In this document: positions 17,319-26,468 of the stretch, piece after piece
How the letters are laid out: every line of letters begins with the position of its first letter
How positions within the stretch are numbered: position 1 is the stretch's first letter
Assembly (NCBI GenBank): GCA_044426045.1
Contig: JAWXUX010000006.1
Span: forward strand, 50,571 to 114,570
Length of the DNA stretch: 64,000 nt
Direction of reading: 5' to 3'
From: Bacillota bacterium
GTDB lineage: Bacteria > Bacillota > Clostridia > Christensenellales > CAMQZB01
Made by a program: the position numbers and the translations under genes
Notes under the pieces: generated by a model
Seen by the model: only the letters and a program-made list of their open reading frames with translations
Databases searched by the model: none
What the model was told of the DNA's origin: nothing

Positions 17319-18782
17319 TTAGCCGTTTGCAGCAAACTTATTTACCGTCATATTTGATATAAGCTTGCTTATATCCGTGCCTAGATTATTAACAATTATA
17401 GAATCAAAATCTTCATAATCTATATCTCTAACATCATGGAATATGTGATTGTATAAATATTCTGCAAATGTATTTGCAAGAACTATGACAATTGGAGTTC
17501 CAATTATATCTCTTTTTGCTGCAGGAACATAACGTGGCGTTACAACTATAGTATACTCCCCACCTATTTCCTCTCTATGCTCCCTTAATCTACCCGCATT
17601 TATGCCTATCAATTTATTTGCAGTAGACTTAGATTCTACAGCAAACTTTTTCTTTTTTGTGATATATAAACATTCAATATCCGTATGTGCTGCCCCACCA
17701 CGCTTCTGTGCATCTACATTTGAAAACATATTAAAGCCTTCTGCTAAAACATCTTCAAATAAATATGCCGTTGCGTTATCCATATTGTTTGCATATGACT
17801 CTATCAATTTAGGTAATTCCAATAAAGTATTCAATCCTTCTGATTCGCCAATCTCTTTCAATAGCAATTGCGGATAGAAGTTATAGATTTCTTTGATGCT
17901 ATCAATAGTCATTCGTTCTGGGTCATCTAATTTTATAGGACTTTCAAAGCAACTATGCACCTCTAGCATACTTTCAACAAAAGTCTTTATATCATGTGAT
18001 AATTCTATGTAACCTAATGTCGCTTTTCTTGGCGTTGGATTACTCTTGCTGTTTGTCTTTGTTGGATGAAATAGTTCACAAACTAAATCTCCCTCAAACT
18101 TCTCTATAATACCCGCGTTTTTTAATAATGTTTGAGTGTAATATTCCCATTCATAAACAGTTTTTACAAAAGTATGTTCATCCACTCTAAATAATTCTGC
18201 CATGCGATTTGCCGATATATCCCTTAGTTGCAAAATATCATTAATCAAAGTTTCATAATTATCTCTTGTTAAATCTTTTTGGAACATTATTAAATACTCA
18301 ACTTCGTGGTTATAAAGCTTGCCATTAAGTCTTTCATCGCATAATAATTTAAAAATCAATCTAAATGGATATAGTTGGAATTCCTTATTTGTTCCACTAC
18401 CAGGATGTTGAAATTGCATAGCAAACATCATCGAGATAAATATCTTTTTAATTTTTTCATCATCATTAATATGTTTTAAAAATAGATTTCCTAGCGGACT
18501 GAACATAAATTTTTTACATCCATCAACTTTGTTTTCATACCCAAACATCCAAAATTCTAATGTATTTATACGATGATTAATAGAGTCTAAAGGCCTATCA
18601 CTAGGATTTCTTGTTTTATATAATTCTAATACCGCAAGCCGTTCTTGCATTCTATGTCTTTCCACATCTGAAACATCTGTTTTGCAACTATTTTTAACAT
18701 CTAGTGCCACTGCTTTTATCATTTCGTAGCTACTAGTATGTTTATATAATATCCACTTGTTTCTTTCCCCCATAATTGGCAT
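17319..18782 (-). CDS. putative type IIS restriction endonuclease (HgaI-like architecture)
   Basis: 487 aa. It follows the two m5C MTases in the operon (8-nt gap after the second) and is the last R-M gene. C-terminal PD-(D/E)xK-like pattern HTDIECLYITKKKKFAVESKS. Confidence 0.6.
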   Translation of the reverse strand: MPIMGERNKWILYKHTSSYEMIKAVALDVKNSCKTDVSDVERHRMQERLAVLELYKTRNPSDRPLDSINHRINTLEFWMFGYENKVDGCKKFMFSPLGNLFLKHINDDEKIKKIFISMMFAMQFQHPGSGTNKEFQLYPFRLIFKLLCDERLNGKLYNHEVEYLIMFQKDLTRDNYETLINDILQLRDISANRMAELFRVDEHTFVKTVYEWEYYTQTLLKNAGIIEKFEGDLVCELFHPTKTNSKSNPTPRKATLGYIELSHDIKTFVESMLEVHSCFESPIKLDDPERMTIDSIKEIYNFYPQLLLKEIGESEGLNTLLELPKLIESYANNMDNATAYLFEDVLAEGFNMFSNVDAQKRGGAAHTDIECLYITKKKKFAVESKSTANKLIGINAGRLREHREEIGGEYTIVVTPRYVPAAKRDIIGTPIVIVLANTFAEYLYNHIFHDVRDIDYEDFDSIIVNNLGTDISKLISNMTVNKFAANG

Positions 18783-18790
18783 AATATTAC

Positions 18791-19855
18791 TTACCTCCCT
18801 ATTCCTTCTAAAACCTTTTTCATTAATAATGGAGGTATTGATTCTCCAATTATAGTACGAATAAATGTATCTGACGATCCTGATGGGAAACTAATGTCAT
18901 CAGGTATGGATGATACAATAAAAGTTTCAAGTAATGTCAATACACGCGCATCAGAATACGTTCCATCAGCCAATAATCTTCCTGGATGTACATTATTATG
19001 AGAACTCATACTTCCGCTGAAAGTAGTTCTAGTTGGACATGGCTGTTCCCAATCCATACGCTTAAATGTATTATGGAATCCTTTAATTCTTGATCCGTCC
19101 TCTTTTTTGGGATAAAAAACTTCATTTGTTATAGCACTCTTACCTGTCGGCGTATGCTTCAGTGCAATTATAGCCCTGTCATTATGAATTTTCGCATTGT
19201 GCCATGGTATGTTTGAATCTTCTCCCGACTCAAGCGACGGCAAGTGACCTATTGCACTTTCTAATGTAATTTCATTTTCTTTACATGGCCACGCCCATTT
19301 CAATCCCTTCTTAAACATTTTAATTATAGCCCTAGGTCTAGATTGACAAATGCCATAATCTTTAGCATTTAAAACTCGCACTTCTACATCATATCTATCT
19401 ACATATTTATCAATTAAGATTTCTTCCAGCATGCTAAATTTATCTTCATGCGGAAAATACATTGTCAAAAATGTTGGTACATTTTCTATTAAAATATAGT
19501 CGAAATTACACTCATCTATTATTTCTAAAGCATGCATAATGAGAAAATTTCGTCCATCTTTCTCGTAATGCATTTGATGTTTATTCTTCCCCAAAGTACT
19601 TAGTCCTTGGCAGGGTGGTGTCGCAATTAAAACCTTAACATCATTTTCATTAACAATATTTATCATCCGTTTTTTTATTAAATCAGATGTTATATCTCCG
19701 CAATTCATTTCTGAATTTGGATGCAGATACTGATAACAATCTGCCCTTTTCTGCAAAAGTTCATTAGCTGCAATAATATCAACGTTTGTTTGACTCGACA
19801 GAAGCTCTCCAATTCCAGCACTAGCAAACAATGATATTGCTTTCAATTTATCCAT
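18791..19855 (-). CDS. DNA (cytosine-5)-methyltransferase (second of a pair)
   Basis: FASAGIGE (I), ATPPCQGLS (IV), ENVP (VI), QSRPRAI (VIII), GESIPP (X). Paralogous to 19848-20918. Confidence 0.9.
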   Translation of the reverse strand: MDKLKAISLFASAGIGELLSSQTNVDIIAANELLQKRADCYQYLHPNSEMNCGDITSDLIKKRMINIVNENDVKVLIATPPCQGLSTLGKNKHQMHYEKDGRNFLIMHALEIIDECNFDYILIENVPTFLTMYFPHEDKFSMLEEILIDKYVDRYDVEVRVLNAKDYGICQSRPRAIIKMFKKGLKWAWPCKENEITLESAIGHLPSLESGEDSNIPWHNAKIHNDRAIIALKHTPTGKSAITNEVFYPKKEDGSRIKGFHNTFKRMDWEQPCPTRTTFSGSMSSHNNVHPGRLLADGTYSDARVLTLLETFIVSSIPDDISFPSGSSDTFIRTIIGESIPPLLMKKVLEGIGR

Positions 19856-20918
19856 TCTTTATTTCTCCAACTATTTTTTTCAACATTAATGGTGGGATAG
19901 ACTCACCTATACACTGCCTAATCAGTATTTCAGAAGTATCGTCAGGAATATTCCAATTTATTGGCAATGAATTTAATATCATCAACTCCAAGGGAGTAAG
20001 CACTCGTGCATCTGAATATGTGCCGTCTTTCAACAATCGACCAGGATGCACATTTCTTTGTGAACCTATACAATCGTTCCTTATAGTTATTGTAGGAGCA
20101 GGCAAATCCCACCTTATTCTCCTATACGAAGATTCATAACCCTTAATTTTTGTGCCATCATCTTTTTGAGGATAATATTTTTCATTTGAAAAAGCCGATT
20201 CCCCAGTTGGGGTATGTCTCATCCATAAAATATTAGATGTGCTATGTTTTCTCGCAAAGTGCCATTTAATATCTGATTTCTCCCCAGCTTCCAAGGATGG
20301 TAAATTACCAATAGCATCCTCAACTGAAACTTTCTGTTTCACAACTGTTGGCCAATTCCAAACTTTATCTTTTTTACACATCTTAATTATAGCCCTCATG
20401 CGTGTTTGAGGCACACCATAATCAGACGAATCAACTACTTTGCTTTCAATGTTATATTCACAACCAAATTCTTCTTCCAAAATTTCCATAACAGACATCA
20501 TCGAATGCTTATAATAAATTTTAATTTTCAATAATAATGGTACATTCTCAATAAGCACATATGTAGGAGTTGTTTTTTTTATAAAATTAATAACATACGT
20601 TATTAAATAGTTCCTCTCATCACTAACCATTAAATCTTGTGAACGATTTTTACCAGCCACACTCATGCCTTGGCATGGCGGAGATGCTAACAAAAAATCA
20701 AGATCTTTAGGACAGTTATCAATAATACTATTGAAAACCTCAGCATTAGTTATATCGCCAGTAACAACCGTTGTTTCTGGTGCAATTGCTCGATATAATT
20801 CTGCTCTTTTCGGCAACAATTCATTAGCTACAACAACATCAATTCCAACGTCTTTGAAGTAGGTCTCCCCTATTCCTGCACTAGCAAATAAAGATACGGC
20901 CTTTAATCTCTTACTCAT
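19848..20918 (-). CDS. DNA (cytosine-5)-methyltransferase (first of a pair)
   Basis: FASAGIGE (I), ASPPCQGMS (IV), ENVP (VI), QTRMRAI (VIII), GESIPP (X). Its end overlaps the start of the second MTase by 8 nt. Confidence 0.9.
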   Translation of the reverse strand: MSKRLKAVSLFASAGIGETYFKDVGIDVVVANELLPKRAELYRAIAPETTVVTGDITNAEVFNSIIDNCPKDLDFLLASPPCQGMSVAGKNRSQDLMVSDERNYLITYVINFIKKTTPTYVLIENVPLLLKIKIYYKHSMMSVMEILEEEFGCEYNIESKVVDSSDYGVPQTRMRAIIKMCKKDKVWNWPTVVKQKVSVEDAIGNLPSLEAGEKSDIKWHFARKHSTSNILWMRHTPTGESAFSNEKYYPQKDDGTKIKGYESSYRRIRWDLPAPTITIRNDCIGSQRNVHPGRLLKDGTYSDARVLTPLELMILNSLPINWNIPDDTSEILIRQCIGESIPPLMLKKIVGEIKNG

Positions 20919-21112
20919 AGCACCACATCCATAATATCACCAATATTACAATTTAATGCAATACAAATTTTAACCATAACTTCCATGGATACAGGTAAAT
21001 TATTATTTAGTTTAGTTATGGTTGTAGAACCTAATCCCGCTGACTCTTTTAAATCTTTTCTTTTGATTCCTAAATCAATCATCTTTTTCCATAATTTATT
21101 ATAAGATATCAT
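20915..21112 (-). CDS. XRE-family HTH controller (C) protein of the R-M operon
   Basis: True start is at the internal ATG (MISYNKLWKKMIDLGIKRKDLKESAGLGSTTITKL...), after a GGAGG RBS. The stop overlaps the MTase start (ATGA). Confidence 0.8.
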   Translation of the reverse strand: MISYNKLWKKMIDLGIKRKDLKESAGLGSTTITKLNNNLPVSMEVMVKICIALNCNIGDIMDVVL

Positions 21113-21133
21113 AGACACCTCCACTTCAATATA

Positions 21134-21183
21134 AATATACCATACACATACCGATATGTCAATATTTTTATCCGATATATCGG
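21134..21183 (-). promoter_or_regulatory. promoter of the C-M-M-R operon with C-box-like operator repeats
   Basis: The minus strand reads TTGACA-17 nt-TATATT. A perfect palindrome CCGATATATCGG (21172-21183) lies 9 nt upstream of the -35. A half-site ATATCGG sits between -35 and -10 (21151-21157). Confidence 0.5.
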
Positions 21184-21280
21184 CAAATATCTTTAGGAAA
21201 TAAAATATATGCTGCAAATATTAAAACTTGATACTTCATTTAATTTTTCAGATATTATCTCCAAATTCTTTAAACTGCCC

Positions 21281-22618
21281 TCACCCTCCAAACACTTCAT
21301 CGAGTGCATCGGCGGCGATTCGGTCGCTGCTTTTTAGGAAGTGGCTGTAGATGTCGGTGGTGGTGCTGGTTCTTGCATGTCCTGCTCTGCCTGATACTGT
21401 GACTAGTGGCACTCCTGCTGATATTTGCATGGTGATATTTGTGTGCCTGAGCGAATGGACGGTGATGTGGTCGAGCCCTGCTTTTTCTAGCGTTTTATCT
21501 AGCCAATTTCTTATTGTTGCAGGCGCTATCGGCGAGCCATTCCATTGCACGAACAGCCTGTTGCTATCTTGCCACGTATCTCCAAGCTGAGTTTTCGTTT
21601 CTTCATACCATTTTAGATATTCAGCAAGCGTTTCGACTAACAATTCCGACATAGCAATTGTCCTCTTGCTCGTTTCCGTTTTTGGAGATTCCGTTATCGT
21701 TCCAAATTCCTTGACTGTGACCACCGAACGATTTATTGATATTGTTTTATCTACTAGGTCTATATCGCTCCATTCGAGCCCACACAGCTCGCCACGTCTT
21801 AACCCCGTGAGTAGCAAGATTGACATGGCGGATTTAATCCTTATATCATCAAGCTGTGAAACTGTTTTATAAAAAACCTTGGCTTGTTCATCACATAGAA
21901 ACTCTATTTCCTTTGGCGGTCTTTTTGGAAATGTTATGAAGTCAGCTGATGCCCAATTATCTTGAATGAGCCTTTGTCTTTTAGCTTTTGCGAGTATCGC
22001 ACGTACAGTTCGTTTTATTTTATGTATTGTTTCATAAGCATACCGTTCTTTTTTCACCATCACATTGAATATTTTTTTCACTGGCATATTCATTATTTTA
22101 GCCACTTTTTCCGCAGTTTCAAGGCTGATATTTCCACCTTTCAGCAGTGTGTTGAGTGAGGGCGAAGCCATTTTATTATCTTTATGAAAATCCCTATATC
22201 TCAAACCATGCTCTTTCATGAGTTCTCTGAAATCACCTTTTGAAGTCACTGTTGTTATAACTTTTTGTTTCTTATCAAGCATATCATAACAATTTTGAAT
22301 TGCCACTGGCGTGAGTTCTTTCAGCTTATATCCACCAATATATTCGTTAGCCATTTTGAGTGCGAACACCGCATTTGAATAGTAGCTGAGTGACAAATTG
22401 TTTCTCACATCCTCCAACCACTTTTCTGCATATTCTTGGAATAAAGTATCTGGCGTTGTATCTAGCCCATTGCATCCGCCCGAAATGTCCTTCATTTCTT
22501 GTTCAAACTTTTCCGCAAGCAAGACTGCTCCACGTTGCATTTGCTTTGCAGTGAGCCCCTTTTCAGGCTTATACGTTGTTGATTTTGTAACAATTTTTCC
22601 ACTGCCTTTATCTTTCAA
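21281..22618 (-). CDS. int: tyrosine recombinase / integrase
   Basis: LTGLRRGELCGLEWSDI (R), HSLRHTNIT (HxxR), GHARTSTTTDIYSH (H..Y). The N-terminal SAM-like region reads ..TYKPEKGLTAKQMQRGAVLLAEKFEQE. It has a TTG start overlapping the stop of a small upstream ORF. Confidence 0.9.
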   Translation of the reverse strand: MKDKGSGKIVTKSTTYKPEKGLTAKQMQRGAVLLAEKFEQEMKDISGGCNGLDTTPDTLFQEYAEKWLEDVRNNLSLSYYSNAVFALKMANEYIGGYKLKELTPVAIQNCYDMLDKKQKVITTVTSKGDFRELMKEHGLRYRDFHKDNKMASPSLNTLLKGGNISLETAEKVAKIMNMPVKKIFNVMVKKERYAYETIHKIKRTVRAILAKAKRQRLIQDNWASADFITFPKRPPKEIEFLCDEQAKVFYKTVSQLDDIRIKSAMSILLLTGLRRGELCGLEWSDIDLVDKTISINRSVVTVKEFGTITESPKTETSKRTIAMSELLVETLAEYLKWYEETKTQLGDTWQDSNRLFVQWNGSPIAPATIRNWLDKTLEKAGLDHITVHSLRHTNITMQISAGVPLVTVSGRAGHARTSTTTDIYSHFLKSSDRIAADALDEVFGG

Positions 22619-22619
22619 T

Positions 22620-22799
22620 TTAACTTGAATTTTGAAGGTTGTTCCACTTTATTTTATATTGAACGCTCCCCTTTTTACCTATATGCTCTGCATATTCTTG
22701 AAGTGTTAAACCATTCAAATACAGTTCATCAAATACAGGCTTATGTTTTTTGAGTTCACCATCAAGTTTTTGCCTTATAAATTTATAATCCACTTGCAC
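22620..22799 (-). CDS. possible small DNA-binding protein (59 aa, GTG start), translationally coupled to int
   Basis: Below the ORF-track size cutoff. The frame reads VQVDYKFIRQKLDGELKKHKPVFDELYLNGLTLQEYAEHIGKKGSVQYKIKWNNLQNSS. LTLQEYAEHIGKKGSV resembles an HTH. The RBS is weak. Confidence 0.3.
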   Translation of the reverse strand: MQVDYKFIRQKLDGELKKHKPVFDELYLNGLTLQEYAEHIGKKGSVQYKIKWNNLQNSS

Positions 22800-22802
22800 A
22801 TC

Positions 22803-23222
22803 CTAATATTCCGCTATCGTCATGCTGTGTGGATATTTTATTCTTTTTCCATTCTTCACGTCAATACCGTGCCTGATATTATATCTTCTGCATTTCAAAT
22901 ATCTTTCACGATCAGACTTCATTCTTTTCAACACATACCTAGCCCTATTATAAGGCTCTACTGGCACATTTCTCGTGTTTATTTCTTCAGCATGTTCTGC
23001 CGTGATTTCCGCATCAAGTAAGTCATATGGCACATTATCAATAGCCACGCTAAGCAAATGCTCAAGACTTTCTATAAATACTTCATATTCTAATAGCATG
23101 CCATCTTCAAGATCATCTTCATCAACTTTTTGCAATTCAACTATTTCATTTGTCATATCTCTTATTTCGTTGAAAATGCTCAAATATTTTGATATCACAC
23201 TAGATTTCGTAGCCATAACCAA
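22803..23222 (-). CDS. hypothetical protein
   Basis: 139-aa ORF upstream of the small ORF and int. Acidic N-terminal half and basic C-terminal half. No family recognised. Confidence 0.5.
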   Translation of the reverse strand: MVMATKSSVISKYLSIFNEIRDMTNEIVELQKVDEDDLEDGMLLEYEVFIESLEHLLSVAIDNVPYDLLDAEITAEHAEEINTRNVPVEPYNRARYVLKRMKSDRERYLKCRRYNIRHGIDVKNGKRIKYPHSMTIAEY

Positions 23223-23343
23223 TCTCCATTTTTATATTTTTCTTATTATATCATATATTTTTAAAAATTTAAAATAAACTTGGAAACCAGTTGCACAATT
23301 TAAAGAATTAAGCTACTATAAGCAAAATTTGGAGGAATGGACA

Positions 23344-23622
23344 ATGAAAAATATTATAGTAGACACAATACTCTATGGCAAAATGCAAGAAAATATTGGC
23401 GTATTATCACCACGAGCAAAAAAACTTGTGGGCAAGGTTTCCGACAGCTATGACGATTTGATTATCAATTTGAACCCAACACAAAAAGAACTTCTTGAAA
23501 TATTCACAAATAACCTAGAAAATAGTCACCTAGCTGAAACAGAAAACTATTTCAAGGAAGGCTTCATATGTGGCTTTAAAATAGCAACTGAGGTGCTTGA
23601 AGATGTATCTGCCAAGAATTAG
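23344..23622 (+). CDS. hypothetical small protein
   Basis: Start at the ATG 8 nt after a GGAGG RBS (MKNIIVDTILYGKMQEN..). Divergent from the int block and overlaps the next gene's start. Confidence 0.5.
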   Translation: MKNIIVDTILYGKMQENIGVLSPRAKKLVGKVSDSYDDLIINLNPTQKELLEIFTNNLENSHLAETENYFKEGFICGFKIATEVLEDVSAKN

Positions 23623-24217
23623 AACAATAACAGAAGTTGTAGATTTTTTCAAATCGCAAGATGCAGAAACCGCTGTCACCAAAAATTTACTTGCTAAACT
23701 TGTAAAAGACGGCGAAATATGCTCTGTGAGAATAGGTTCAAAATTGCTAGTCAATCTCGACGAATGCATCAGCTTTTTTAAATGCAACGCTGATATACAG
23801 TCAACAACTTCACAGCTACACGCTGTCACCAAGAGATCAATGCACACCACTGGAGAAATAGCGAGACTCTTTCTCGCTCACGATCAAAACACCCGAGTTC
23901 GCAGAAGCATGGTGAAATCAGCAATAGCAACCAAACAAATCAACGGAATTTGGCTATATCAAGGTTATTGGCTTATTGATATACAGGATTTTATCAACAT
24001 ACTCACAAATGGGAAAACCTTCGCCACAACCAACGAAGTGCCTAGAATAAGAAACTACGAAAAATCCTACCACACCCTACAATCCGAATACCCAAACTCC
24101 GCCCCAACATGGAACCAACTCCACACCCTAACAAAAAACAAAACGGTCACCACATATTATCATGGCAACCGTTGGATTGTGAATTTGGATGAGATTATAG
24201 ATACATATTATCGATAA
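23603..24217 (+). CDS. excisionase-like DNA-binding protein with three HTH_17-type repeats
   Basis: MYLPRIRTITEVVDFF..LLAKLVKDGEICSVRIGSKLLVNLDECISFF; TTGEIARLF..INGIWLYQGYWLIDIQDFINIL; PRIRNYEKSY..WNQLHTL..YYHGNRWIVNLDEIIDTY. GAGGTG RBS. Confidence 0.65.
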   Translation: MYLPRIRTITEVVDFFKSQDAETAVTKNLLAKLVKDGEICSVRIGSKLLVNLDECISFFKCNADIQSTTSQLHAVTKRSMHTTGEIARLFLAHDQNTRVRRSMVKSAIATKQINGIWLYQGYWLIDIQDFINILTNGKTFATTNEVPRIRNYEKSYHTLQSEYPNSAPTWNQLHTLTKNKTVTTYYHGNRWIVNLDEIIDTYYR

Positions 24218-26016
24218 ATATTAATTATGCCGAATGGCAAAATATCTTGTACCGACATATCACCATCTATAGACAATATTTCCATATATGTTTTATAACC
24301 CTCTACTAAAGTAGCCAATATAACACCAATATCAGAAGTATTTTTATGTTTCGCAATATATACGATTTCAGTAATTAGTTGCGTTAAATAACTATATAAA
24401 TGTTCAATATAAATTACCAGTGAAACAGATTCACCAATTGCAGAATGAGCAATTTCGTTACGAATCCTATACAGCCTCTGTATATGCCACTCGAGCCTTT
24501 TTTCATGTTCTCTAAGTCTTTTAACAATATTATTTTTATCCGCAATAAGCTCTTTTAATTCTAAAAATCTAAAAGTTAAAAGCTGATTTTGAGCACAAGC
24601 ACATTGTAGTACTTCACTTTTAATTTCATCACGCATAACAGCTATAATATCAGCAACTAGTTTGTGCTTATCTATCTCCTGCAAATTAATAGCTAAAGAA
24701 TCTAAATTAACTTCACATCGAATACAGTCCTCTGCAAAATTTCTAAACAACCTATAGATATATTTTGCATTCAATACTGCTGGCAATACACCTTTTATAT
24801 GAGTAATTATATCAGTATAATTGCCAGTATTCATTATTGATTCTAATGCTATCCACAGGTTAATATATTTAGTTTCCTGAAACATTGATGCACGACTTAA
24901 ACTTACATAAGAAAAAACCGGCATTAACTTATTAGCCAATAAACTATATTGAGACGAATTAAATATCTCTACAGTTTGATTGAATACATTATTAGTAGAT
25001 GCATCCAAATACTCAGAAGGATTAATTAGTTGTTTTGAGTCTATTGTAACACCGCTATTGCCATTAAAAACTATAATTTCCGCATCAGAAATAATTGTTT
25101 TACTTGCATAATTATAATAAGAAGCAACGCTTAATTTTTTATTTAGCGATTGAACCCCTTTTAATGCAGCCGCATTAAAATCATGTGCATTGACATTAAT
25201 TATACCATAATAATTATCTGCATTTAATAGACTCTTCAATTTTAAAGAATTAGAAAATTGATCATAAATCTCATTACCTTTACAACAATTAATTCCTAAC
25301 AATCCCAATGCATCTTTGAGATTTACAATATTACCATTAGTTTTAATTTTATAAAATACAGTATAACCATCGCAACTAGCCTTTAATTTATTAACAAAAT
25401 TTGTCCATTTTTCATTTGCATCAATATGTTTATAAAATATTTCTTTACATATTTTACTTAATGCCAATTCAGTCCATCCGTTATGCACACATAAACTAAC
25501 TAAAATATTAATAAAAATATTTTGATTTTCTAAATTTCCTTCATCGATTGCAAGTTTTAGTTCTTCAAGTACGCTTTCAAAATAACATTCATTCAGATTA
25601 TCTTTGTATGAACATAATTCACTGTATAACAATCGCATTCCACAATAAAACTTATCTGATCCACCATCTTCCTTAGACTTGCTAGTTACCTTTTTATTTA
25701 AAATTCGTAATATTGAATGTTTTATAGCTAAATCATACTTTTCTAAAATTTTATCACTTTTAAAAATAGATATGGCTTCATCTTTAACATCAGAAAAATT
25801 ATGTAATGAAATATTTAAAGTACCATCAATAATTATCTTAACAATACTCAATAGTTCATCATAGATATTACATACATTTTTCACCTTAAATTTATATGAA
25901 TCAATCGTATATATATAACATAATTCTCTCCATCTTTGAATAAAAAATATATATTTATCATCTACTTTTGAACGCCTAAGTCTATCATCATTCATTTTCT
26001 TTAACATATTTTTCAC
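24208..26016 (-). CDS. large HEPN-domain protein (putative abortive-infection RNase)
   Basis: 602 aa. The C-terminal region has RLEWHIQRLYRIRNEIAHSA, which is the HEPN Rx4H motif (RNEIAH) in its usual helical context. The N-terminal ~450 aa are unassigned. AAGAGGTG RBS. Confidence 0.7.
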   Translation of the reverse strand: MKNMLKKMNDDRLRRSKVDDKYIFFIQRWRELCYIYTIDSYKFKVKNVCNIYDELLSIVKIIIDGTLNISLHNFSDVKDEAISIFKSDKILEKYDLAIKHSILRILNKKVTSKSKEDGGSDKFYCGMRLLYSELCSYKDNLNECYFESVLEELKLAIDEGNLENQNIFINILVSLCVHNGWTELALSKICKEIFYKHIDANEKWTNFVNKLKASCDGYTVFYKIKTNGNIVNLKDALGLLGINCCKGNEIYDQFSNSLKLKSLLNADNYYGIINVNAHDFNAAALKGVQSLNKKLSVASYYNYASKTIISDAEIIVFNGNSGVTIDSKQLINPSEYLDASTNNVFNQTVEIFNSSQYSLLANKLMPVFSYVSLSRASMFQETKYINLWIALESIMNTGNYTDIITHIKGVLPAVLNAKYIYRLFRNFAEDCIRCEVNLDSLAINLQEIDKHKLVADIIAVMRDEIKSEVLQCACAQNQLLTFRFLELKELIADKNNIVKRLREHEKRLEWHIQRLYRIRNEIAHSAIGESVSLVIYIEHLYSYLTQLITEIVYIAKHKNTSDIGVILATLVEGYKTYMEILSIDGDMSVQDILPFGIINIYR

Positions 26017-26045
26017 CTCTTACTTCAACAAAATTCAATTATCTG

Positions 26046-26175
26046 TTGACTTTTTATCCGTTATAGTATATAATATTAATATAGTATCATACTATATATA
26101 AATCGCTAAAAAGAGGTTCATTCTTGAGAGTCGAGATTAACATCCACTCAAAAAGATTATACCTCTTTTATTTAT
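26046..26175 (+). ncRNA. candidate small transcription unit (~95-nt RNA) divergent from the HEPN gene
   Basis: TTGACT-17 nt-TATAAT at 26046-26074. Downstream, AAAGAGGT (26110-26117) pairs with ACCTCTTT (26161-26168), encloses an inner TTGAG/CTCAA helix, and is followed by TATTTAT. Confidence 0.3.
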
Positions 26176-26468
26176 ATCTTTTACTATCTGTTTTTTAACA
26201 TAAATATTAAATCTATTATACCACATATTTCGTTATTTGTAAATGCAATAAACCAACAATTCAGTACCCAAACAAATTATAATATAAACGAATAAAAACA
26301 TTTTAGGCACCCAAAAAAGCACCTTTGTCACCATGGAAGTTATTGAAAGATATAAAAGTTATTTATTTTTATACATAAAATCTATAAAATGGTTGATATG
26401 ATATGAAAATAACGTAAAATATGCAAGATAATGTATGCTATATTCATTGTTCAATGGAGTATTACTTG

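Noticed and set aside
22560-22760. Frameshifted or truncated integrase N-terminus
   Set aside because: The upstream frame (..GKKGSVQYKIKWNNL..) superficially resembles integrase N-termini. However, it is better explained as a separate 59-aa ORF whose TAA overlaps a TTG start of int (translational coupling). No frameshift is needed.
26123-26197. 24-aa peptide (MRVEINIHSKRLYLFYLYLLLSVF) as a type I toxin
   Set aside because: The hydrophobic stretch is too short for a TM helix. It has a TTG start and I see no antisense RNA partner. I keep it only as a remark under the small-transcript finding.
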